A DNA stretch of 44,643 nucleotides from a virus (lineage: Duplodnaviria; Caudoviricetes), in the IMG/VR virus record IMGVR_UViG_3300033067_000051, positions 1 through 44,643 of that record. One strand, written 5' to 3'. Positions 26,077 to 33,102 of this stretch are shown here, one piece after another (position 1 is the stretch's first letter; every line of letters starts with the position of its first letter). Below the pieces are notes generated by a model. That model saw only the letters and a program-made list of their open reading frames with translations. It made no database searches and had not been told where the DNA came from. The position numbers were made by a program, and so were the translations under genes.

Positions 26077-26235
26077 CTACACTAGGACGGTTAAGTTCTT
26101 CTTGTTACGTTGTGGTATATATCTCCACAGGTATTCTTTAGCAATAGCGTAACCATCCCGATTGCGAGTCTCTTTGCAAATATGCGCTTGTCGTAGGTAA
26201 TGCTTAATAGCTTGTCTGATATTCATTCGGGTCAT
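26077..26235 (-). CDS. Hypothetical basic early protein, 52 aa (MTRMNIRQAIKHYLRQ...)
   Basis: Translated by hand; its stop overlaps the next RBS; its own RBS is weak. Confidence 0.5.
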   Translation of the reverse strand: MTRMNIRQAIKHYLRQAHICKETRNRDGYAIAKEYLWRYIPQRNKKNLTVLV

Positions 26236-26254
26236 GTTACGCTTTCGTTGTTAT

Positions 26255-26425
26255 GCTACACTGAACAGGATGCACAGGAAACGCTAGGCTCTTATGGGCT
26301 GGTCACCCAAGCCAATTCACTACTTTCGTATGCTTGCACCTCTGCTACATACCGTCCGGTAACGGCGTTTTACGATCTCTGCGGTTCATCAGTCCCTACA
26401 ACCTATGCACCCTGTACAGTATAGC
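26255..26425 (-). ncRNA. Putative structured RNA closed by a 24-bp stem (RNase III-like substrate)
   Basis: Arms 26402-26425 and 26255-26278 pair at 23/24 positions on the minus-strand RNA, including 3 G-U pairs; internal hairpins present; no minus-strand ORF of 60 aa or more. Confidence 0.55.
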
Positions 26426-26647
26426 GTGTTTAAAGTTATATCCCGTTCCGCAGTACTAAGTCGCTGCCTTAGACGTTCGTGCGTTACGACCACGGGATCA
26501 CAATCGCCGCAATGCTTTCTAACGGTCAGACAACACACAAGCAGTCATGCTGTTGCCACACTTAGCCTCTTAACGCATTGCGTCAGTGGATCGGCCTCGT
26601 CAGATACCGCATTACGGTATTACAGGCAGGTTATGCCTGTTTCGGCC

Positions 26648-26995
26648 TTATGCTGCTAAGAGGCAGCGAGTTTCTTGTATTACAGCCTTTGATCTATTGA
26701 ATACGACTTGCCGCTTACCAAGTTCTACCTCTTCCTTTGGTGCTACATACACCGCGATAGAGAATCCGAGCTTTGCTAGGTTACGGCGCTCTGTCTTAGG
26801 GAACCAACGCTTCAACTTTGTCATGCTACTGAAGCCGCAGTAATGATCCCGTGTAAAGCGGGTTATACCGTCATTCATTGGCTCGGGTCTTCCTGCGTAC
26901 CATGAATGATCCACAGTTTGCCACCCATATCCTACGGAGCCATAATAAGGCCCACGTTTATTCTTATCTTCTAAACGATAAACCAATCGTGTCAT
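26648..26995 (-). CDS. Conserved hypothetical early protein (VYRLE...GPY...GFSS...WF family)
   Basis: 115 aa; AGGTG RBS. Confidence 0.75.
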   Translation of the reverse strand: MTRLVYRLEDKNKRGPYYGSVGYGWQTVDHSWYAGRPEPMNDGITRFTRDHYCGFSSMTKLKRWFPKTERRNLAKLGFSIAVYVAPKEEVELGKRQVVFNRSKAVIQETRCLLAA

Positions 26996-27022
26996 GTGTC
27001 ACCTATATGCTAGAACCGCTTC

Positions 27023-27054
27023 GCCTCTGATACTGCTGCGGCAATACCAGAGGC
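27023..27054 (-). other. Intergenic 14-bp RNA hairpin (processing/stability element)
   Basis: GCCUCUGGUAUUGC-CGCA-GCAGUAUCAGAGGC; two G-U pairs work only on the minus strand. Confidence 0.65.
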
Positions 27055-27087
27055 TAGGCGTAAAAGGGAGCCAGTTGTCGTTAGGGC

Positions 27088-27579
27088 TTAGGCCGCTTCG
27101 ACAATCTTGCGTAAGGCTTCCAGTTTGGTGACATCAACATTATCGCCGTTATTCATAGCTTTTTCAGCCTTAGCGATAATCTTGTTAAGAGCCTCGTTAA
27201 TGTCAAAAGGTACATAGACAGCCTCGGGTTTAAATTCCCAGAAGGGCGTTTCCATTGCCTCTTGCGTAAGAGTCTCTGTGTCAGCGTTATACGTGAACGC
27301 TTTATTCTTTTGGTCATAGCCAAACTTGCCATAGGCAAGGAACCAATCGCGTAATGGGTTCTTACGTGCTTGGCTAGGCAGGGCTTCGACTAGGCGTGTT
27401 GCCAGTGTTACGTCCCCATGCTTATCTGCATGGATAAGGCACGATACGGCGGCAATATGCACATCTTTGTCAAGCGACTTGCCACGTTTAGCGATACTCG
27501 CAATAGCGGAGTTAATCGCAGTTGCGCCATCCAGAGCCTTAAAGGCTACGGACTTGGCGACTTTAGCTTTAGCTTTCAT
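27088..27579 (-). CDS. First early gene; conserved autographivirus early protein
   Basis: AIASIAKRGKSLD...HGDVTLA...ALP...WF pattern recalled from phiKMV/KP34-type early proteins; AAAGGA RBS before MKAK at 27579. Confidence 0.8.
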   Translation of the reverse strand: MKAKAKVAKSVAFKALDGATAINSAIASIAKRGKSLDKDVHIAAVSCLIHADKHGDVTLATRLVEALPSQARKNPLRDWFLAYGKFGYDQKNKAFTYNADTETLTQEAMETPFWEFKPEAVYVPFDINEALNKIIAKAEKAMNNGDNVDVTKLEALRKIVEAA

Positions 27580-27646
27580 GTTACAGTCCTTTGTTATCAA
27601 GTTAGCGGGTTATGGCTTATTGGTTGCACAACCTGCGATACATGAA

Positions 27647-27712
27647 TATGTATCAAGAGATGCACTAATCAGACGGGTTATACCGCTTCCATAATGCACC
27701 TTTTGATACATA
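27647..27712 (-). other. 21-bp stem-loop upstream of the first gene (RNase III site-like)
   Basis: UAUGUAUCAA-A-AGGUGCAUUA pairs with UAGUGCAUCU-C-UUGAUACAUA, with one mismatch and two G-U pairs. Confidence 0.65.
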
Positions 27713-28322
27713 CCCTTGAGGTATGTTCTGTCTTTGTCTCTCGGTTATGATTGCATAGACCATATTCACCGCCTAGCCTTGGCGTTTACCACGCATAAAT
27801 GCGCTTTCTCACTCCACAATATACGGACAAAGGAAATTGATATGAATACATATCGCCCTGAGTCGTTGCTATATCGCTTGCATGTGCTGTGCTGATTAGT
27901 TACCGGACATTGACCGCGCTAGCTTTAGTCTAGTTATAGCATATCGCATATAACTAGGTTTCCTAGCGCATGATGCTTGGTCGCCCTCCTATCATCCCGT
28001 GTTGTGGAATTGGTATGCTACCCAATCCCCGCGCTCACGTTGCGTATGCTATGCGGTGGCCCATAGTCGCCCGTTTCCGTTGTTACCAACGTATCCCGAG
28101 GCACTAGCCCGAATATATTCCACGCCTTGCGCGTGGTTATCCACCGTTTTTCTAATCATTAGAGCCTAGCCGCGCCGTTCGGGCTTCCAAGGATATAAAT
28201 ATCCCCTTCTAGTATTCCTAGCCTCGCGGCTTCCATACTAAACGCGCTAACCTCTTTTGACCGTTCACTAGGCTTGCGCCTTGCGACTAAGGAACCTGCT
28301 AGAGTCCCACCGTATAACCGCC

Positions 28323-28351
28323 ATTATAGCATAGCGAGGCTGTCTTGTCAA
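28323..28351 (-). promoter_or_regulatory. Host sigma70 early promoter
   Basis: TTGACA-17 nt-TATAAT, with extended -10 TG; perfect consensus. Confidence 0.92.
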
Positions 28352-28439
28352 GTAGAAAAATGAAAGAGACTGTTTTAGGCCATTCGTCGCACTTGGCAGT
28401 CAAGAGGGCTTTCTTCGTTTCAATTCCTATCTTGCCTCC

Positions 28440-28468
28440 AGTATAGCAGGACTATTCCCTCATGTCAA
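28440..28468 (-). promoter_or_regulatory. Host sigma70 early promoter with AT-rich UP region
   Basis: TTGACA-17 nt-TATACT, with extended -10 TG. Confidence 0.9.
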
Positions 28469-28537
28469 GAACTATTTTCATTTAATCGCATTTATTTTAT
28501 AAAGCATTGTAAAACAATATAGAACCGCCATTATTCC

Positions 28538-28560
28538 TAATCTGACTCATACATAGTAGA
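28538..28560 (+). promoter_or_regulatory. Phage RNAP promoter in inverted orientation
   Basis: TAATCTGACTCATACATAGTAGA matches the promoter at 38105..38127 at 22/23 positions, but lies on the + strand. Confidence 0.8.
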
Positions 28561-28725
28561 TACAGAACCATTTATCCCGTATCTGTTTCAGAATATATCC
28601 CCTGATATATGATGCAGTATAATATCTAGTATAATACAGGAATAGAATAACAGTATAGAATAACCGTATTTATACGAGATAACAAAAGAGATAGATTAGC
28701 TGGCAAGCAAGCCTGATAATATATC

Positions 28726-28754
28726 TTGACAAACACTAGGCAGTATGCTAGTAT
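28726..28754 (+). promoter_or_regulatory. Possible antisense sigma70 promoter (T7 A0-like)
   Basis: TTGACA-17 nt-TAGTAT, preceded by TGC as in the two early promoters. Confidence 0.5.
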
Positions 28755-28932
28755 GATACCTAGGAATATACAGAGGCAAAGAGGGTTATACCCTGCAATG
28801 AATAACCCGGCAGTATTCCATATTGGAATCCGTGTCCTACGCGGAACCCATACGGGGGACTTGGAGGCGGCATACTGTATAAACACCCGCACGAAATTAT
28901 ATGCCATTTTCTTGAAACGGCCTCCAAGTCAA

Positions 28933-29538
28933 CTACTGGATCACTCCAGCATACCGCATGTAGTACCACAGGATCAAGCCACCTCCAAAGCCAGTGACGT
29001 ATTCGCCAATGACCGTGGGCATAGCTGCCTGTAACCCTGCCTTACGTAGCATCCAGCCGATGCTATAGCCCAGAGGCCACAGGATCGCTCCCAGTAAGCC
29101 AATCGGATACAGGGATAGGTTGACCCACAGGCCCTTCATTCCAATGAACAGGGAGCAATACAGACCCTTTCCGAGGGGAGCTTTCAGGAGCTTGCATACC
29201 GGGTCGATGATACGGGATAGGAATTGTTTCCTCCCGGACTGTGCCTGAGCAGGGCTATGCCCCATCATATAGGCTGTGCCGTGTCCGGTCTCTATACCAA
29301 AGAAGGTTATGATGCCTCCCAGTGCCCCGAGGATCAACGAGGATGAGGCTAAGTATACCGCCGTGAGGGTTAGTAGCCCTATAAGGACTTCAGGTGCTCT
29401 ACGGACGATCCTAGCGGCTATGCCATCCACGGTTGGGTATGGGAATATGCCACCTCCGGCTGCCCGGTAAAGGATAGCCATCAGAGTCCCGGCTAGGGCG
29501 GGAGCCATAAAGGTTAAGAAGATACTGGTCGTATCCAT
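28933..29538 (-). CDS. Multi-pass membrane protein, last late gene
   Basis: 201 aa; about 5-6 hydrophobic segments. Confidence 0.75.
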   Translation of the reverse strand: MDTTSIFLTFMAPALAGTLMAILYRAAGGGIFPYPTVDGIAARIVRRAPEVLIGLLTLTAVYLASSSLILGALGGIITFFGIETGHGTAYMMGHSPAQAQSGRKQFLSRIIDPVCKLLKAPLGKGLYCSLFIGMKGLWVNLSLYPIGLLGAILWPLGYSIGWMLRKAGLQAAMPTVIGEYVTGFGGGLILWYYMRYAGVIQ

Positions 29539-29594
29539 TTCGTTTGCCTTTCAAAGAAAGCCGGAGCGTACCAAAGGCAGAGGCTCCGGGCGTA

Positions 29595-29702
29595 TTATCG
29601 GCGCTTTCTGCGCCGGAAGTGTCTGATCCAGTCTGTGACGAAGCCAATGGCATCCGTCAGATACACTGTACTCTTGAAGACGCTAGCTTTAAATACTGGC
29701 AT
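29595..29702 (-). CDS. 35-aa peptide with Arg-rich C-terminus (MPVFKASVFKSTVYLTDAIGFVTDWIRHFRRRKRR)
   Basis: Translated by hand; start overlaps the upstream gene end. Confidence 0.5.
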   Translation of the reverse strand: MPVFKASVFKSTVYLTDAIGFVTDWIRHFRRRKRR

Positions 29703-29883
29703 CGAGCATCTCGTTGAACTCTGGGACGTTGTAGGTTTGTTCAAATACAGACCAAGCATGTGCAAGGAAGATATTCAACTCCCGCGTATTGCGAAATAAG
29801 TATGATAGCTGTTCCGGGCTTTCTGCTGAAGCGAGAACGACACGGAGCTTATCATCTTCGTATGAGATACTAATTGTACGCAT
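29689..29883 (-). CDS. Hypothetical protein, 64 aa
   Basis: TAATG-coupled. Confidence 0.65.
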   Translation of the reverse strand: MRTISISYEDDKLRVVLASAESPEQLSYLFRNTRELNIFLAHAWSVFEQTYNVPEFNEMLDASI

Positions 29884-30377
29884 TATGAACTCGTATCGAA
29901 CCCTTCTAGGTAAGACATGTTCCGGCAGATCGGGAATACTCTATACCCGTCCGATATTGCACTGTCTTCGATTTGGATATATAATTCTGATCCCTGTCGC
30001 ATGATTAGACCGCGCAGTTGTTCGCTGAGTGTTGGATTGTAGTCTTCAAAGTCGAGATAAACAAAGTTTGACCCAACTTTAACGAGACCTCGCTCAGTCG
30101 GAGCATCCCACTCCAGTTGGCCAACAGGCTGACGAGTGCCAGTATCAGGATCAAGATACCACACGATTGCCTTCCCTGCGCCGTTTGAACCGCCACGTGA
30201 ATATACAACTACTCGCCGCGCTAGTACAAACACTTTCGGGTCGTCAACTCGGTACAACAATACTGCGTCATCACCGTCCTGATCGGTCAGCGAAGATGTA
30301 ATAATGTTATTACCGTAGTCTCGGTTTGCGTCCCCATTGATATAAACGGGAACCTTATTCGGATATATTTCAACCAT
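29883..30377 (-). CDS. Hypothetical beta-rich protein, 164 aa
   Basis: AGGAG RBS. Confidence 0.7.
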   Translation of the reverse strand: MVEIYPNKVPVYINGDANRDYGNNIITSSLTDQDGDDAVLLYRVDDPKVFVLARRVVVYSRGGSNGAGKAIVWYLDPDTGTRQPVGQLEWDAPTERGLVKVGSNFVYLDFEDYNPTLSEQLRGLIMRQGSELYIQIEDSAISDGYRVFPICRNMSYLEGFDTSS

Positions 30378-30385
30378 AGGCTCTC

Positions 30386-31201
30386 CTAGTTATATTGTGC
30401 AGAGGCTAGGGCGCGAATCTTACCTCGCGTTGTAGGCTTTGCATACATTGCAACCCCTGCTGAAAAATCGTATACTTGTGCATGAGAAATTGAGATATAG
30501 TACGCACCTAAAGAAGTCCATTGACCCGTAGTGTTTACTGTACCGACAAGTGTTTGGTTCGTCGCTCCCCATGTCCCGGAGCTTACTCCGGTTGGAAGCA
30601 TTGATAGAGTACGGCCTACGATACCGAGACCCGTACCAGCATCAATCTCTGGGCTATACGTGATAGCCGTTGATCCAACAGTGATCGTGCTTTGGTTCGT
30701 GTTCTGATACACCTTACCAATGTTAGATGTACCATTACGAATCCATACACAGGTTCCGCGAATAGTCGCGTCTGTGTTATAATTCGTCGCTCGTGTAAGA
30801 GCAACTCCGATACCGTTGAATACGTACAGGCCGTTTTGTGACGGTGTACTTTGCGCCGTTAGTAGGACAAGTTGCCCGACCGATAAGCTCGTTCCATCGT
30901 AAGATGTAGGAGCAGAGGCAATGTTTACGTTTGCACCGGGCGCAACTTCTGCGCGGCGGTAGACTAGGTTACTGTAAAGATCAGTGACAGCAGAAGATGG
31001 GATAGACACCGTTGTAACACCTGCGTTGGTCATTGTTACATGACCAGACATAGTTACATCAGTGCCTACACCCAAACCATTACCGACAATAATCTTACCG
31101 TCTGGGACGGAGATGGCGTGGTTAGCGTTCCAATGCGTATGATCCAAACGAGGAATCTGCGGATCGGTAGCTACCGTTGTGTGGGTAATGCCAACAGCCA
31201 T
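30386..31201 (-). CDS. Second fibre protein (head or accessory tail fibre)
   Basis: 271 aa; G/T/S-rich; contains DG...G.LVLL..Q...QNGLY...LTRA module shared with the tail fibre; lacks a gp17 adaptor. Confidence 0.7.
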   Translation of the reverse strand: MAVGITHTTVATDPQIPRLDHTHWNANHAISVPDGKIIVGNGLGVGTDVTMSGHVTMTNAGVTTVSIPSSAVTDLYSNLVYRRAEVAPGANVNIASAPTSYDGTSLSVGQLVLLTAQSTPSQNGLYVFNGIGVALTRATNYNTDATIRGTCVWIRNGTSNIGKVYQNTNQSTITVGSTAITYSPEIDAGTGLGIVGRTLSMLPTGVSSGTWGATNQTLVGTVNTTGQWTSLGAYYISISHAQVYDFSAGVAMYAKPTTRGKIRALASAQYN

Positions 31202-31202
31202 C

Positions 31203-31661
31203 TTATTTTACCAGAGCCTTGGCCTGTTCCAGTACAGCATCAAGCTGTGCGGATTTATCTTTCAGGTCTTTGTTTACTGCGTCACGATCAGCTTTCAGTT
31301 TCATCAAATCATCGCTATGTTTTTGCATACGAGCATTTGCTTCATCCAGCTTCGTGTTGATTTCGACATCGAGCGCATCCAGTTCGGCTTTCTTAGCAGC
31401 CACATTGGCAGCATGGTCAGCAGCGATCTGATCGAGCGTTCCTGCGAATTGGATATTAGCCGCAGCCACATCCGCAAGCAGAGAGTCCCGAGCGTCAGTC
31501 AACGTATCAATTTCGTTTTGGAGCTTCGCCTTCGAGGCTTCGCCAGTTTGACGAGCATATTCCAGATGGTCAAGAGCCTCTAAGACTTCTTGTGCGTTCT
31601 GGAATACTCGGAACTGTTTCATACCTTGATTGATGAAGTCCTTCAGTGGAGCCGTGTCCAT
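31203..31661 (-). CDS. Coiled-coil protein, 152 aa
   Basis: Heptad-like, A/L/D/K-rich; TAATG-coupled. Confidence 0.75.
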   Translation of the reverse strand: MDTAPLKDFINQGMKQFRVFQNAQEVLEALDHLEYARQTGEASKAKLQNEIDTLTDARDSLLADVAAANIQFAGTLDQIAADHAANVAAKKAELDALDVEINTKLDEANARMQKHSDDLMKLKADRDAVNKDLKDKSAQLDAVLEQAKALVK

Positions 31662-32032
31662 TATTTAACTCGCTTTCCTGCAATAGAGACTACCGCAGCA
31701 CTAACGCTAGCAGCAGCTCTCGGACGGAGGTAGTAGTAGTTGTCGCGGATCAAAGCGCCGCCAGCGCCTGTGAATGAGATGGCGTTACCATCAACATCCT
31801 TTACAGCAGTCCATACAGCGTTACCGGGATCAGTCTCTACACGCGGATCATTCGATCCTTCAAGTGTAACTGCGCCGCCGAACGTACCGTATGCTTGGAC
31901 TTGCTTTTCAGCATAGTCTGCCGAGGCCCAAGGCTTACCAGTATCCAGAGCCGCCATAGCGTCCCAGATCGTAAGCACTGTGCCGAACTGCTCACCGCGC
32001 AGTTTGGTATTCGTATATTCTTTTACAGCCAT
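31661..32032 (-). CDS. Putative virion beta-sandwich (spike base-like) protein
   Basis: 123 aa; GTFGGAVTLEGSND...W...YLRP pattern; GAGG RBS. Confidence 0.6.
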   Translation of the reverse strand: MAVKEYTNTKLRGEQFGTVLTIWDAMAALDTGKPWASADYAEKQVQAYGTFGGAVTLEGSNDPRVETDPGNAVWTAVKDVDGNAISFTGAGGALIRDNYYYLRPRAAASVSAAVVSIAGKRVK

Positions 32033-32051
32033 TTATAGCCTCGTTGAAAGA

Positions 32052-32077
32052 GGGCTGCCAGCCGAAGCCAGCAGCCC
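32052..32077 (-). terminator. 11-bp cUUCGg hairpin, terminator-like
   Basis: GGGCUGCUGGC-UUCG-GCUGGCAGCCC followed by UCUUUC. Confidence 0.6.
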
Positions 32078-32084
32078 GATTGGA

Positions 32085-32330
32085 TTAGGATGGGGTAACA
32101 GTCGATTCACGACCGAAGATGATCCAAGGCGAGGTAGCACCGTCACCGATGGCTACTGCCAGATCATAGTCGCTGGAACCGTTGTCGCGGAGGCACATAG
32201 CGCCTTTGCGTTTGCCAACACCCGTATCACCGACTCGACCCGAGCCAGCTACGTTGATTGTGTGAGCAGCACTGGCAAGGTCAGCAGCCAGAACGACAGT
32301 CAGAAAGCCCATTTTAGTTAAAGCACCCAT
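32085..32330 (-). CDS. Small putative capsid decoration protein, 81 aa
   Basis: AGGAG RBS; GKRKGAM...AVAIG...SPW...VTPS pattern recalled from small autographivirus particle proteins. Confidence 0.55.
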   Translation of the reverse strand: MGALTKMGFLTVVLAADLASAAHTINVAGSGRVGDTGVGKRKGAMCLRDNGSSDYDLAVAIGDGATSPWIIFGRESTVTPS

Positions 32331-32350
32331 TTTAGTCTCCTATAGTTGGA

Positions 32351-32599
32351 TTATTTCAGCTTGGATAAAGCTGCGCGAGTTTCATCCCGCATTTTTGAAA
32401 AGCCTTTCAAGAACTCTTTCGTCATGGCACACGCAGTACCACACGCCTTCATCTCGTCAGCCACTTGTTTCTTTTGTTCAGGTGAGTAGTCTTCCACGGC
32501 TGGCAGGGCCAATCGTTCAGACGCATACAGCTTAGTACGAGTCGTCGAGCAAGCTGTCAAAAAGCTCATCGTCACTAATAGTGCGATTGCGAATCTCAT
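32351..32599 (-). CDS. Outer-membrane spanin (Rz1-like lipoprotein)
   Basis: MRFAIALLVTMSFLTAC signal with lipobox; GAGGAG RBS inside the i-spanin gene. Confidence 0.85.
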   Translation of the reverse strand: MRFAIALLVTMSFLTACSTTRTKLYASERLALPAVEDYSPEQKKQVADEMKACGTACAMTKEFLKGFSKMRDETRAALSKLK

Positions 32600-32798
32600 C
32601 TTGTGTCTCCTCAATACCAATGTGGGTGCTGTTCGCATCCACTGTTTCATGTAGTTCACGAACCTCTGTAGCTTGGTTGGCATCGGTTCTACCTTTGAAG
32701 TAGAGACCGAGGCCAACGCTGAGTATTACAACCCCGGCTACAAGGCTAGCAATAATTTTTACCTTCGTAGAAAAGCTAGATAGGAAATTCAGGTTCAT
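32532..32798 (-). CDS. Inner-membrane spanin (Rz-like)
   Basis: Single N-terminal TM plus helical periplasmic part; overlaps the lipoprotein gene. Confidence 0.8.
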   Translation of the reverse strand: MNLNFLSSFSTKVKIIASLVAGVVILSVGLGLYFKGRTDANQATEVRELHETVDANSTHIGIEETQDEIRNRTISDDELFDSLLDDSY

Positions 32799-33102
32799 CT
32801 GTATCCTTCTTCTTTCTGTGTGTTTTAAGAGCAGCCATCACATAAGCACTGAGTGGGCCGCAAGCAATCACGCCTACGTATGTAAGCAGATGCCCCGCCG
32901 CCTCGTCGGATAGACCGAAGTGCAGGATGTAATAGACGACCAAGTTCGGCCACACGTACAAGGCGTAACCAACCGCGAGGATGGTTAGCCATGTACTGTT
33001 GTGACAGAATTTAGAGAGCGAGTTTAACGCCCTCTTTGAGAAGTTCGTCAGGGTACGGATTCCCACCTTGCTCTTTCCGTATAATTGCCTTAATGAGGAC
33101 AA
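32776..33102 (-). CDS. Two-TM membrane protein (holin/antiholin candidate)
   Basis: TTG start 7 nt after AAGGAG, inside the endolysin gene; basic-then-acidic C-terminal tail. Confidence 0.6.
   Translation of the reverse strand: MSSLRQLYGKSKVGIRTLTNFSKRALNSLSKFCHNSTWLTILAVGYALYVWPNLVVYYILHFGLSDEAAGHLLTYVGVIACGPLSAYVMAALKTHRKKKDTDEPEFPI

Noticed and set aside
26320-26392. Hammerhead ribozyme (minus strand CUGAUGA ... CGAAA)
   Set aside because: The bases that should close stem II (A after CUGAUGA, C before GAAA) do not pair, and I could not build stems I and III with an NUH site
28316-28534. Repeat AACCGCCATTAT (28316 and 28523) as a third early sigma70 promoter
   Set aside because: The second copy has AATAAT at -10 but no -35 at proper spacing, where the inverted phage promoter lies; possibly a relic
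26240-28930. CRISPR array or tRNA genes in the non-coding regions
   Set aside because: No regularly spaced repeats and no cloverleaf with a T-loop (GTTCRA) found by eye
28626-29034. ORFs of 93, 102 and 69 aa near the presumed terminus
   Set aside because: No convincing RBS, atypical composition, and they overlap promoter and repeat elements
29411-29653. 80-aa ORF MPLASSQTG...
   Set aside because: Overlaps the membrane gene by 128 nt and lacks an RBS; the coupled 35-aa ORF explains the gap better
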